A stretch of 64,000 nucleotides of DNA, taken from contig CDRNVI010000069.1 in NCBI GenBank assembly GCA_977017575.1, forward strand, positions 186,001-250,000. Direction: 5' to 3'. A program made the position numbers and the translations under genes. The DNA is from Paramoeba atlantica. Taxonomy: Eukaryota; Protista; Discosea. Positions 43,518 through 52,715 of the stretch are shown here, in pieces (positions within the stretch are counted from its first letter, which is position 1; every line of letters starts with the position of its first letter). The notes beneath the pieces were generated by a model. The model worked only from the letters and a program-made list of their open reading frames with translations, had not been told where the DNA came from and did no database searches.

Positions 43518-45494
43518 TCAGGATGCTCCAAGATGGAGAGAGGAACGTTCACGACGCGCAAGCTTCTTTCCTGCTTCGGTTAATGTGAGATAGACGTTCG
43601 TTGTATATGACTTGGCTTCGCGTTCCGTATTTATAATGTCACCGAAATTTGCCGCAACGCGCAAGGCACCCCCATACGAATATAACGCCTTCACTGCCAA
43701 CCGAGGCAGGAGAGCGTACAATAATGTGGGACATATTCGTTTCTCTTTTGCCTGAAGCACACACTCAGCAATGGCGGCCTTAAGGTTGTGGGGATCCATA
43801 TAGGGATTTGGTTCAGAGGTTTGAGTGTGAGGCGCCCGTATAGGAGCCGTCGATGCTTCACATTCCGATGCGCTACGCAGTGCGACATGAAGGTCGTATC
43901 GGATCCCACGGTCGTGCGGCATATGGACTGTCTCTTCCTCTAGTCGAAATATGTCCGATCGCGCCTCAAGAAATTTATCCAAACTCGCGTGGCGCGTCGA
44001 TTTATGTCCCGCTCTTTTTCTCTGGTGCGGTATGCCGCACCGATATCCGGCTTTGAAACGGGCCCAATCCTCGCTGCTAAGTGCTTGTTGAATCTTAGAA
44101 ATCAATTGCGAAACTAAAATCAAATGAGAGATGGATAAATGGCCTTTTAGAATGGTGATCACTTCGTCCGAACTCATGGGTACCAATTCCTTCGAATCGA
44201 GAGTAGCTTGCTCTCTTTTCAGGATTTCAAATGAAGGTTTACTAATATAGCTGAACAGTTTATTTGTAAACTCTGTGTGTACTTCTGAATATAGAAGATA
44301 CACGAGTCTATTCTCCTCACTTTGGTCAAACTTATCCCTGACTACACCAAACCGCTTCACCACATCACTTGAAAATTTGGAAACAATGTTACAGGAACAG
44401 CAGTCAGAGGAGTCGAGCGCGGGTTCCTTGCCATGGTACGCGAAAAGCTTCGAATACCCAGACACCCACATACCCGAGGAGTGCCTTGAGCGAACTAGGA
44501 ACTCACGCACCGTCGGGAAGTTCTTCCGATGCGCCATTGACATCGTGCGTGGCCACACGACACTGAAAGCAAGCAGTGCCACCACCAGCAACGGGAGGCC
44601 GTACTCGAGCGCATACGTCACATCGGGCTGAGAAATCACCCGTTCCCAGGGCTGTTGCGGACACGCAGAGTCTCTCCCGAGTGCGTAGAGCACTTCCGCG
44701 GTAATCTCGCTGGCATCTGCCTCCGGAAGCTGTCGTATCCCACGCACCCACACCTTGGACTTTGGGTGGTTATCAAACTGCGTCACCATTGCCTCTCTTT
44801 TGGGGTCCAGCATCTCCGCAAATCGCCGGGCACCAAGCCTACCAATACCTACTTGCAAGTCTACCGGTACATGCCCGAGAACCTGATGCAGCGGGACATA
44901 GTAACTTGGAAGATACTTCGCGAACAGCGATTTATATAAACATGCCAATAGCATTTCTAAGATTTTACCATGGTGGTGCGGGGAGGCGTAGGCTGTCACC
45001 CACACCCGGCGTCCAACTAGAAAATGTTCGACGCGGTGAGGTTGGGGTTGGCCATCCGGGTTGCGGGCGAAATGGTAAGTCGCAAACATCTGGGATAGTA
45101 ATTCCGAGGACTCCAACACGGAGAGTAGTTTCCGGAGGGAGTAGTCCCCAAAATGCATAGAGATACAGGAGAGAGGGAACAGCCCTTGGGCGGGGACCAG
45201 TTTGTTAAATGCGGTCCCAAGCTCGGTTTCAGACACCGCGTCGGGTGCCTTCACCTCATATCCTTCTAAGAGGTGCTGCTGGGTAGGGTTTCGCCGGACG
45301 TAGCACTCGTGTTCTTTGAGAAATAAGTCTACGTCTTTCCAGACGAGTTGAATAACCTGGACGGGGCGATCACCAAGGATTCTTTCCAGCCCTAGGGTCA
45401 GGGAATTGCAGAGCTTGAAGGGTCCATGGGTATCACACCAATTTCGAATACGTTGTATAAGGTGTAGTCCAATCGCTCTTTTCGCACGCCCCAT
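43518..45494 (-). CDS. Repeated winged-helix-like family paralogue 6 (most divergent)
   Basis: LAFSV..NFPTVREF; LDKFLEARSDIF; NPYMDPHNLKAAI..LLPRLAVKALYSYGGALRV. No clear presequence. Confidence 0.75.
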   Translation of the reverse strand: MGRAKRAIGLHLIQRIRNWCDTHGPFKLCNSLTLGLERILGDRPVQVIQLVWKDVDLFLKEHECYVRRNPTQQHLLEGYEVKAPDAVSETELGTAFNKLVPAQGLFPLSCISMHFGDYSLRKLLSVLESSELLSQMFATYHFARNPDGQPQPHRVEHFLVGRRVWVTAYASPHHHGKILEMLLACLYKSLFAKYLPSYYVPLHQVLGHVPVDLQVGIGRLGARRFAEMLDPKREAMVTQFDNHPKSKVWVRGIRQLPEADASEITAEVLYALGRDSACPQQPWERVISQPDVTYALEYGLPLLVVALLAFSVVWPRTMSMAHRKNFPTVREFLVRSRHSSGMWVSGYSKLFAYHGKEPALDSSDCCSCNIVSKFSSDVVKRFGVVRDKFDQSEENRLVYLLYSEVHTEFTNKLFSYISKPSFEILKREQATLDSKELVPMSSDEVITILKGHLSISHLILVSQLISKIQQALSSEDWARFKAGYRCGIPHQRKRAGHKSTRHASLDKFLEARSDIFRLEEETVHMPHDRGIRYDLHVALRSASECEASTAPIRAPHTQTSEPNPYMDPHNLKAAIAECVLQAKEKRICPTLLYALLPRLAVKALYSYGGALRVAANFGDIINTEREAKSYTTNVYLTLTEAGKKLARRERSSLHLGAS

Positions 45495-45768
45495 TACGCT
45501 GGCCAAGACTTACGTAGGCTTCTGCCGGTCATGCACAAAACATGAATGAGTTACTCATCTTGCGGTTTCAGGGGGTATGACATACCAAAGTTTTCGTTGA
45601 TCTCATAAGAATAACAATTCGAAAAAAACTTTAGTTTCAGATAAAAAAGGCAATGTACGACAAGTCGACAAGTGAAAAAATTCTTCATTTCGATAAATAA
45701 TGAACGGCACTTAGACGCAGGTAGACGAACTCGACTGGTGACTTTCTGGAACTTTAAAAAATTCTTAT

Positions 45769-47562
45769 TTAAAATGTAACTATTTTTTGGGGAGTCGGCA
45801 AAGCATCATTGTGTGTAGCTGGGCGCCTACGAATATAGTCAGCCATCCGGGCAGGGTCAGACAAAAGTGTATCCTCTAGCGTCCGAGTGGGATAATCTCC
45901 CACCGCAGTCTCTGTGAAATAAGCAGAATCTCGCTCCGCCATTGTGCCCGTGGAGGGAGCGCAATTGTTTTGAACATTTTCTGCCCCTTCTGCCATGGAG
46001 CCGGGGGCCTCACCATTTTCAGTGTTTGTAACTTTTTCGTTCGTATCTGTGAATATACTCTCCGCGTGGGAATCGGAGGCATGCGATTGAATTATGTACG
46101 ACAATTCCTCCATACTGTACTCATTCAGCTCATTCAGCTCCTCCGAGGAAAGGGCTTTAACTTTTGATAACGCACGAAGCCGTCGCAGACGACGGGAACG
46201 AAAATATGGCCAGTCGCGTTGAATAAAAGGCCGCCAAAGTGGGTTCACATGCTCCAGATAAATTTGCGGAACGCTCACTGCACGAAGAGTTCCGGACACC
46301 ATATCTCGTATACTGTATGGGCCGATGCTCACCCGCGTCACACGGGAGCATTTGCGACCCAATTTTTCCATGAGAAGCGGGACACGCATCGGAAGCGATC
46401 CTCGAACACTAACACGTACGTAATTTTTACATTCGTCCCATGGTACATGTGCGACATTGAATGTTATATTGTTGTACACGACCCCATCCAGTCGCACCCC
46501 TTTCGTATTAAATGCCTCCGCGAGAACCGGGTCTATTTTCGGAACAACTTTCGCAATGTACGTTCGTTGGATTTGACTACTGGGATGCATCATAAACTGA
46601 GCCAAATCCCCGTCATTGGTTAACAAAATAAGCCCTCGGTCCTCATGTGAGAGGGTACCCATCGGCACTACATGCGAGAGTCCATAAATGGCCGAGAGCC
46701 ATGACCACAGTGTTCGTCGTCCCCTCGACTCGGACATCGCAGGCCCACAGGACATGTTCCGTGGCTTGTAGAACGCCCACAGCTGGGGGGCCTGGAACCG
46801 TAGCCTTCCTCGGTGTCCCTTTACATTAATCACGTCCTCGGGGGTTACCGTCGCGAACGGATTGCGCTCGGGAGATCCGTTTAGAAATACTTCCCCCTCC
46901 GTGATTAACTTTTGCGAGACCTCTCGGGTCGTGAGCCCCGCGCGTGGGAGACAACGGTGAAGGGTAATCGCACGGGGGGCACTTTCCAAACCGTGAGCCG
47001 GGGGAAATGCATCACCCATCTCTGAGAGATCGGGTACGGGGGAGGGGGACATCCCCGGGGTGAAGTCCCGTCGAAGCCTTGCCCCAATGAGATCCTCCTC
47101 CACCACCCCGTCGAGCTCACGTAGTCTCTCCTCCAGCATGGAGTGAGAGAGCTCTTGGGAATCTTTTGTGCTCGTGTCTGATTGATTCCGTGTTTTGGTG
47201 CTTTCGGTCTCGCTCTCAATAAGCGGTATGGGATCGAGACGTGATTCTGGGAGAGTGGGATCTGAAGTGGTAGGGGAGGAAGAATTCCTCTCCCCAGGTA
47301 ACGAGGATCGATCACTACGCACTAGGTCGGGTGTTTGTGGTGTTCCAAGATGGGCAGCAACGGTGTGAAATGCCAGCGAGATTACCGCAGAGTCGTCAGC
47401 ATATTCTGGTTTTTGGTCGTAAGGAGATTCTGAGACATTTGCTCTCGACAACAAGACCTCCGTGGGAGATGCAGCTCTCATCCTTCGCCTACAACAGCAA
47501 AACAGTTCACTAAGTGAATTAACTCTTCTGCTCAAAAAGAAGGTTGCGCTTTTAGACCTCAT
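45769..47562 (-). CDS. RsuA/RluB-family pseudouridine synthase-like protein with S4 domain; catalytic Asp replaced
   Basis: S4 LHRCLPRAGLTTRE..GEVFLNG; FYKPR; GTLSHEDRGLILLTNDG instead of GRLDxxxxGLLLLTNDG; RVSIGPYSI. Confidence 0.88.
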   Translation of the reverse strand: MRSKSATFFLSRRVNSLSELFCCCRRRMRAASPTEVLLSRANVSESPYDQKPEYADDSAVISLAFHTVAAHLGTPQTPDLVRSDRSSLPGERNSSSPTTSDPTLPESRLDPIPLIESETESTKTRNQSDTSTKDSQELSHSMLEERLRELDGVVEEDLIGARLRRDFTPGMSPSPVPDLSEMGDAFPPAHGLESAPRAITLHRCLPRAGLTTREVSQKLITEGEVFLNGSPERNPFATVTPEDVINVKGHRGRLRFQAPQLWAFYKPRNMSCGPAMSESRGRRTLWSWLSAIYGLSHVVPMGTLSHEDRGLILLTNDGDLAQFMMHPSSQIQRTYIAKVVPKIDPVLAEAFNTKGVRLDGVVYNNITFNVAHVPWDECKNYVRVSVRGSLPMRVPLLMEKLGRKCSRVTRVSIGPYSIRDMVSGTLRAVSVPQIYLEHVNPLWRPFIQRDWPYFRSRRLRRLRALSKVKALSSEELNELNEYSMEELSYIIQSHASDSHAESIFTDTNEKVTNTENGEAPGSMAEGAENVQNNCAPSTGTMAERDSAYFTETAVGDYPTRTLEDTLLSDPARMADYIRRRPATHNDALPTPQKIVTF

Positions 47563-47953
47563 GGCATCGGTTATGTCAACAGATTTCAAACTTGAATGTC
47601 TTGAAATAATCAATAGCCTCTAATTCAAAAGTACTGATAATACCGAATATAAAGTTTATATGACCCAATGAAAAGTGACCCACCACTTTTAGTACGCATA
47701 GTACTGTGACTCTATGTCACCCACTTTACACTAAGGAACTTGGACAAATACAAGCTGTGAAAATATGTATTTTTAACACTGCAAACTTGTGATAGTAGAT
47801 AGAATACATTGCGGGGGTTGTTAACAAGCTCTGCCTCTTTCTTCTTTATGGTGGCCGGGTGGGGGTGAATTGAGGGGGGTGATAAAATCGCGAAAAAAAG
47901 GGGGGGGTATGGTCGATGAAAGGAATACTGATGATTTTCATTTTCGCCAGGGG

Positions 47954-48030
47954 GTGTGATTAGCCAAGTCGTTAGGTCCAGTGACTCTACATCTGAGATA
48001 GTTGGGTTCGATTCCCACTAACGTATTTTT
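47954..48030 (+). other. tRNA-like element (A box, B box, T5 terminator); cloverleaf incomplete
   Basis: TAGCCAAGTCG at 47961 and GGTTCGATTCC at 48005 with canonical spacing; TTTTT at 48026. The acceptor stem does not pair. Confidence 0.45.
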
Positions 48031-48729
48031 CGTTCGGCTACACAGGGATTAGCTAAGAAGCTTGGGTCCACGATGTCTGCACGGATTAGTCCATTTGCCA
48101 ATCCCACCCATTAGCATTCGCGTTGGAAGGGGGTTCGAACCCGCTACTCGTAGCTTTTGCACAAACTACATGCAGCACGAACGTCGTTAATGGAAAGCAA
48201 TTCGCGAAGCCCCGTTTTACAACAACCACCGCTTTTTAACGAAGCAGCTAGAACACCGACATGATAGTATAGAATACATCAATTGAATTATTGAAATGGG
48301 ACGGCAAACGTTAGTGAGTTTAACCCTAGGGACATGAATAAGTCACCCCCCCCCCTGTTTTTTTTCCTGAAGGAGCCTAGGGAGATCATGATACCATTTT
48401 TTCGTTCAGAATTTCGAGATCTACACGTTCCCGCTATTTTTAGCTGCCTTTAAAAAAATAAAAAAAAAGCTAAATTAAAAAAAAATTAATTCGCGATTTG
48501 CGAGCCTCCCCAGAATTCGGACTTCTTTCTACGTTTAAACCCTGTTTTGGGGTTTTATTGGGTCCCCAGCGCAATGGAGTTTCCCTAGTCAGCATAATCT
48601 CATTACTTAACACCTGAGAGAAAACGGATGATCACAATATTTGTTGACTGAGATCTCATGACTGATCTATTTTCCAACGCTTTTGTTGCACATACAATAT
48701 TGTATACTTGTATGTCATGCTCTTACGTG

Positions 48730-49020
48730 CTAGTACTCCTTCGTTCTCACATGACGTGGTTCACGTTGGATGGATATTTTATGATGATTCACGCTGTCGG
48801 CTCGACATTTATGAGACTTCCACATGTTTTTGGACATTAGCATAATATCATTCATTTTTTCCAAAGAATCAAGATGCTGTTTGCTAGATTCGTGTTCGAC
48901 AGCGTGATGGTCGGGAAATACATCACAGCAGAGCTTGCACCAATGCTTCGATTTAGTTGATCGCCTGTAAAACAATTTTAATGCTCGACGAGGACCCCGT
49001 AGTAATAACGACACATGCAT
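48730..49020 (-). CDS. Small U1/matrin-type C2H2 zinc-finger protein, presequence-like N-terminus
   Basis: HWCKLC..EHESSKQHLDSL; Arg-rich N-terminus. Confidence 0.55.
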   Translation of the reverse strand: MHVSLLLRGPRRALKLFYRRSTKSKHWCKLCCDVFPDHHAVEHESSKQHLDSLEKMNDIMLMSKNMWKSHKCRADSVNHHKISIQREPRHVRTKEY

Positions 49021-49033
49021 CAACTAGAATTAA

Positions 49034-49539
49034 GGCAATTTTTTTAAAGTCTGGAATGTATGCCAAATAATCTAAGGGGGGGGTGCGGATTTTTTTGGTA
49101 ATATACCTGTGAAACGGTTATTAAGGATAAAAGCAATTAAGGCAGAATGAATTTAAAAATTAATTACTGCCTTAATTAAAGTATTAAAAAAAGTATTAAA
49201 TTTGGAACATTGGCAAAGATAAAATCATGGTTTTATTGTAACCTGCACCTCTAACGAAGACTTTATTATATTGAAGGAGATACTACTCCCTCGCTACCGT
49301 AGGTTATTTCGTCGTGCCCGATTTCGTGCCCGATGTGTGGCCGGATTTCGTGCCCGATATCGTTTCAGGTGAGTTTTCGAAAAAAAAAATGTTTACAAAG
49401 ACGTATGAATTGAGTGACAAAATCACTAGTTTTTCAACAATTCCGATGGGTACCCTCTGCCCCCATCCCCTCCTCACCAGGGTGGTCATAGCAATCTTTG
49501 AAATTTTGAAAAATTGATTATTGCCTTAATTAAATTGCC
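49034..49539. mobile_element. Possible TTAA-flanked non-autonomous element
   Basis: TTAA-GGCAATT..AATTGCC-TTAA ends. The interior 49300-49385 is an inverted copy of 24585-24645. Confidence 0.35.
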
Positions 49540-49748
49540 TTAATTACCCTTAATTGAGGTTTCGACGATAAATCTGTTTGGTACTGTTTTGTAATATAAA
49601 TCTGCGAATACAAAACGAGTGTTTTGTCCCCTTTCACTCTGCTTGACCAGACCCCCCATATTCTATTTATCTGATCGACGCTCCTGTAAATATATCATCC
49701 TGTAGACGCTAAATCTGTTAAAACTTATTCGCATCCGATAATGAAGTG

Positions 49749-50441
49749 TCAAGTCACACACCGCTTTGCAAGCTTTTCCTTCAGTGTATTGACTTCGCTT
49801 TGAAGTTTGCTGCATTTCTCGGAAAGTTCTTCGAGTTCAACGCTTTTGTTTGCTAATGTTTCATTTAGCTCCGTGTGCTCGGCGCTGTTTACAACTATGT
49901 TTCTTAAATTATTTTTCAATTTTCCGATTTCCAATTTCGTTATCTCATAATTTTCACGCTCAAGGCCCAAATGAAATTCATATTCCTCTACGTTTTCACG
50001 CAATTGTTCGAGGTTGTGCTTTTCTGCCACCGCCCAAATGTTGTCTGAATTTTTATTGGTGCTGGTAACACTGCTGAGTAATTGACCGAGCTCTGCTCTC
50101 TTAGTACGTAGCTTTTGATGTTTTGCCTTCAATTCGTATTCGTTCATGATATCGGTCATTTCGGGAGAAGGATACACGCCGAGTACCTTCTTGTGAGCCA
50201 CTGCATTCTCCGCGGTTTGATACGCTTTCCAGAGCTCGTTTAATAGCTTCGAATCTCCGCTGGATTCTGCTCTAGAAAAGAGACACGCGGGACACCGTGT
50301 AAATGATCTACATCGCGTGTTGAAGAGCATTTTGCTCTTAAAAAACGAATGTATCCCAGTTTGTGTAACATATTGGCGTCGAAGCATTGTCTGAGTATGC
50401 CAAAGATATGAAGCTGTATAACTCATCGTCGGGCATGCCAT
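49749..50441 (-). CDS. Coiled-coil protein, probably mitochondrial
   Basis: Arg/Ser-rich N-terminus and heptad-rich C-terminal half; start uncertain. Confidence 0.65.
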   Translation of the reverse strand: MACPTMSYTASYLWHTQTMLRRQYVTQTGIHSFFKSKMLFNTRCRSFTRCPACLFSRAESSGDSKLLNELWKAYQTAENAVAHKKVLGVYPSPEMTDIMNEYELKAKHQKLRTKRAELGQLLSSVTSTNKNSDNIWAVAEKHNLEQLRENVEEYEFHLGLERENYEITKLEIGKLKNNLRNIVVNSAEHTELNETLANKSVELEELSEKCSKLQSEVNTLKEKLAKRCVT

Positions 50442-50699
50442 TTTTTCCCGTTTCTTATAGCATGACGAATAGTATCGTAAAATTTTAAAATAGAATCCGT
50501 AGAACTTACGATAAGAAAAAGTCAGCTTTTGTTTTAAGCACCAAAATACGACTACAGCCCTTCAAAATCAACGAATACTTCAAAGAAAAGTCGTTTTCTG
50601 GAAGCGAATTCGAAATTTGAACTTCACGCAAGGTCACTAAACACAAAATTACAGTTAACATTTTTTCCCGAGAAAACACGGTGCCTATCTCAATTTTTT

Positions 50700-52571
50700 T
50701 CAGTTCGTGCTCGGATCCTTTTCAACTATCGGTACACAGCATAGCCAACGCACGGACTGCGTCTCGTCCTCCGGATCCTCACAAAACGGAATATGCCACA
50801 TTCGTTTTCCCCCTTTCCGTTGAAACTGCATATACGGCGGATCCTCCGTACTGATTTTCATAAAACAACGAAGGCACAGCACCTTTTTCTCCTGCTTTTC
50901 AAACACCACCTCCTCCACCGCATGGGGAAACATTTTCCTCACCACCCCCTCCACCAGCTCCGTTGAGGCTATATCCTGCGCCCCCTGCATGTGAAACCCC
51001 AGCAGCGCCCTCTCCGCCTCCTCCCCCATCCCCCGATGCTGGTACACCCGCATCATGGCCTCATAACTCCCCGCGGTGAACCGCACCCCCACATTCCCCG
51101 CAAACGTCCGTAGCTGCTGGATCTGCTCCAGCGCACTGGTGGCCGCGAGGGCACGGAAGATGGGCTCGAAGCACCGCCCCTTCATGTAGCGCAGTGGACG
51201 GGAGCGTAGGAACGCAATGGCGTCGTGTACGCGGCCATCCTCACAGAGTACCGCAACGGCGGCGAGCGTAACCTCGGGGGTCCAGGTGAAGGTGGGGCCT
51301 GCGGCATAGGCACGGTCGAGTACGGTGAAGGCGTGGGCCCTGTGTTCGTTGCGAATACGACTTGCCTCCGTGCTGTTGTTCGTGTTGTCGCTGTTCGGAT
51401 TCGCGATGACTCTGCGACAGTGCTGGAGGACGGTGGCGGTGGTGGCGGGGGTGTCGGGGAGGTGGGGGTTGGACTGTAGGGTGTGGAGGAGGGCGGCGAT
51501 ACGGGAGGGGAGGGTGGTGAGGTCGGGGGTGGGGAGAGGGGGGAGGGAGGGGGGAGGGAGAGGGGGGTGACCGATGGGGTCGAGGAGGGGGGAGGGGAGG
51601 GAGGGGGGTTGTGTTGGTTGTGGTGGTGTTGGGGTTTCTGATGGTTGTTGTGCTTGTTGTTGCTGCTGGCATTCTTGTTGTTGTTGTTGTACATGCTGCT
51701 GCTGCTGCTGCCATTCTTGTTGTTGTTGTGACAATTGTTGTTGTTGTGACAATTGTTGTTCTTGTGACAATTGTTGTTGTTGTGATAATTGTTGTTGTTG
51801 TGATAATTGTTGTTGTTGTGATAATTGTTGTTGTTGTGATAATTGTAGTTGTTGTTGTTGTGATAATTGTTGTTGTTGCCATTCTTGTTGTTGTTGTTGT
51901 TGTACATGCTGCTGCTGCTGCTGCCATTCTTGTTGTTGTTGTTGCTGCCATTGTTCAGGTTGTTGTTGTGTAGACGGGTGGTGAGGGTTATCAAAACCCA
52001 TGAGTGAGGCGGGTGTTGATGTTTGGGCGTATTCCATCGATACAGTTGTTGTTGTGGCCGTTGTTGTTGTATGGAGGGGTGGAGTGGGGGATGAGGAAGA
52101 GGAAGGGGTGTAGGGGGGAGAGGGTGAGTCGGAGGTGAAGGGGTTGGTTACGTAAGGAGGGTCTTGGATTTGCTCTCCTGCATGGGGTATGTTGGAAAGG
52201 GTAGAGTTGTTTGGAGGGGTGGAAGGGGATGACTGGTCGGGGGATGGAGCACTCTCATGGGGGTCACGTGTGGCTCCGTCTTGGTCCTTAAATGATGACT
52301 CGTCAGGGCATTCAGTGAATGTGGTGTTTACCATGGTGGCGGAGAATCCTTTCTGCATGTGAAGCTGATGAATTTGCTCACTGGAAAGCGGGGGTGAAGC
52401 TGTAAAGCTTTCACCTTGAGAAGAGAGCTCAGCCGCTACATGCGGACTAAAATCTGAAAACCCAGTTTGCGGGTTTGTGTGTACACGACGTGTAAAATGA
52501 GCGAAAGTTTGGGAGAAAGAATAAAGCCCTGACGTAGAGCCTCGAAACCCACGAAGAGTGTACATGTGCAT
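50700..52571 (-). CDS. PPR-like protein with poly-Gln tract and C-terminal Cys/His finger, probably mitochondrial
   Basis: Presequence-like start; SYEAMMRVYQHRGMGEEAERAL PPR-like motif; CLRCFMKI..WHIPFC. Confidence 0.75.
   Translation of the reverse strand: MHMYTLRGFRGSTSGLYSFSQTFAHFTRRVHTNPQTGFSDFSPHVAAELSSQGESFTASPPLSSEQIHQLHMQKGFSATMVNTTFTECPDESSFKDQDGATRDPHESAPSPDQSSPSTPPNNSTLSNIPHAGEQIQDPPYVTNPFTSDSPSPPYTPSSSSSPTPPLHTTTTATTTTVSMEYAQTSTPASLMGFDNPHHPSTQQQPEQWQQQQQQEWQQQQQHVQQQQQQEWQQQQLSQQQQLQLSQQQQLSQQQQLSQQQQLSQQQQLSQEQQLSQQQQLSQQQQEWQQQQQHVQQQQQECQQQQQAQQPSETPTPPQPTQPPSLPSPLLDPIGHPPLPPPSLPPLPTPDLTTLPSRIAALLHTLQSNPHLPDTPATTATVLQHCRRVIANPNSDNTNNSTEASRIRNEHRAHAFTVLDRAYAAGPTFTWTPEVTLAAVAVLCEDGRVHDAIAFLRSRPLRYMKGRCFEPIFRALAATSALEQIQQLRTFAGNVGVRFTAGSYEAMMRVYQHRGMGEEAERALLGFHMQGAQDIASTELVEGVVRKMFPHAVEEVVFEKQEKKVLCLRCFMKISTEDPPYMQFQRKGGKRMWHIPFCEDPEDETQSVRWLCCVPIVEKDPSTN
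51650..51965. repeat. Coding microsatellite/minisatellite (poly-Gln, LSQQQQ and EWQQQQ units)
   Basis: (ttg)n runs and the 18-nt unit tgataattgttgttgttg. Confidence 0.95.
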
Positions 52572-52715
52572 AGAAGAAGTATGAAAAATCAGATTAATTC
52601 TCTAAATCAGATACTGCTAGATTGGCGAAGTAAATAATTATGATTATCAAAAGTCAAGGAAAGAAAAAGGAATGCAGCACGCAAAAAGACGTCCTCCACA
52701 GTAGTCATTCATCCA

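Noticed and set aside
47954-48030. Amber suppressor tRNA (CTA in the loop)
   Set aside because: The acceptor stem does not pair and the anticodon stem is irregular.
51182-51994. Poly-Asn, poly-Thr, poly-Cys and poly-Val ORFs
   Set aside because: These are alternative frames of the poly-Gln repeat in the PPR-like gene.
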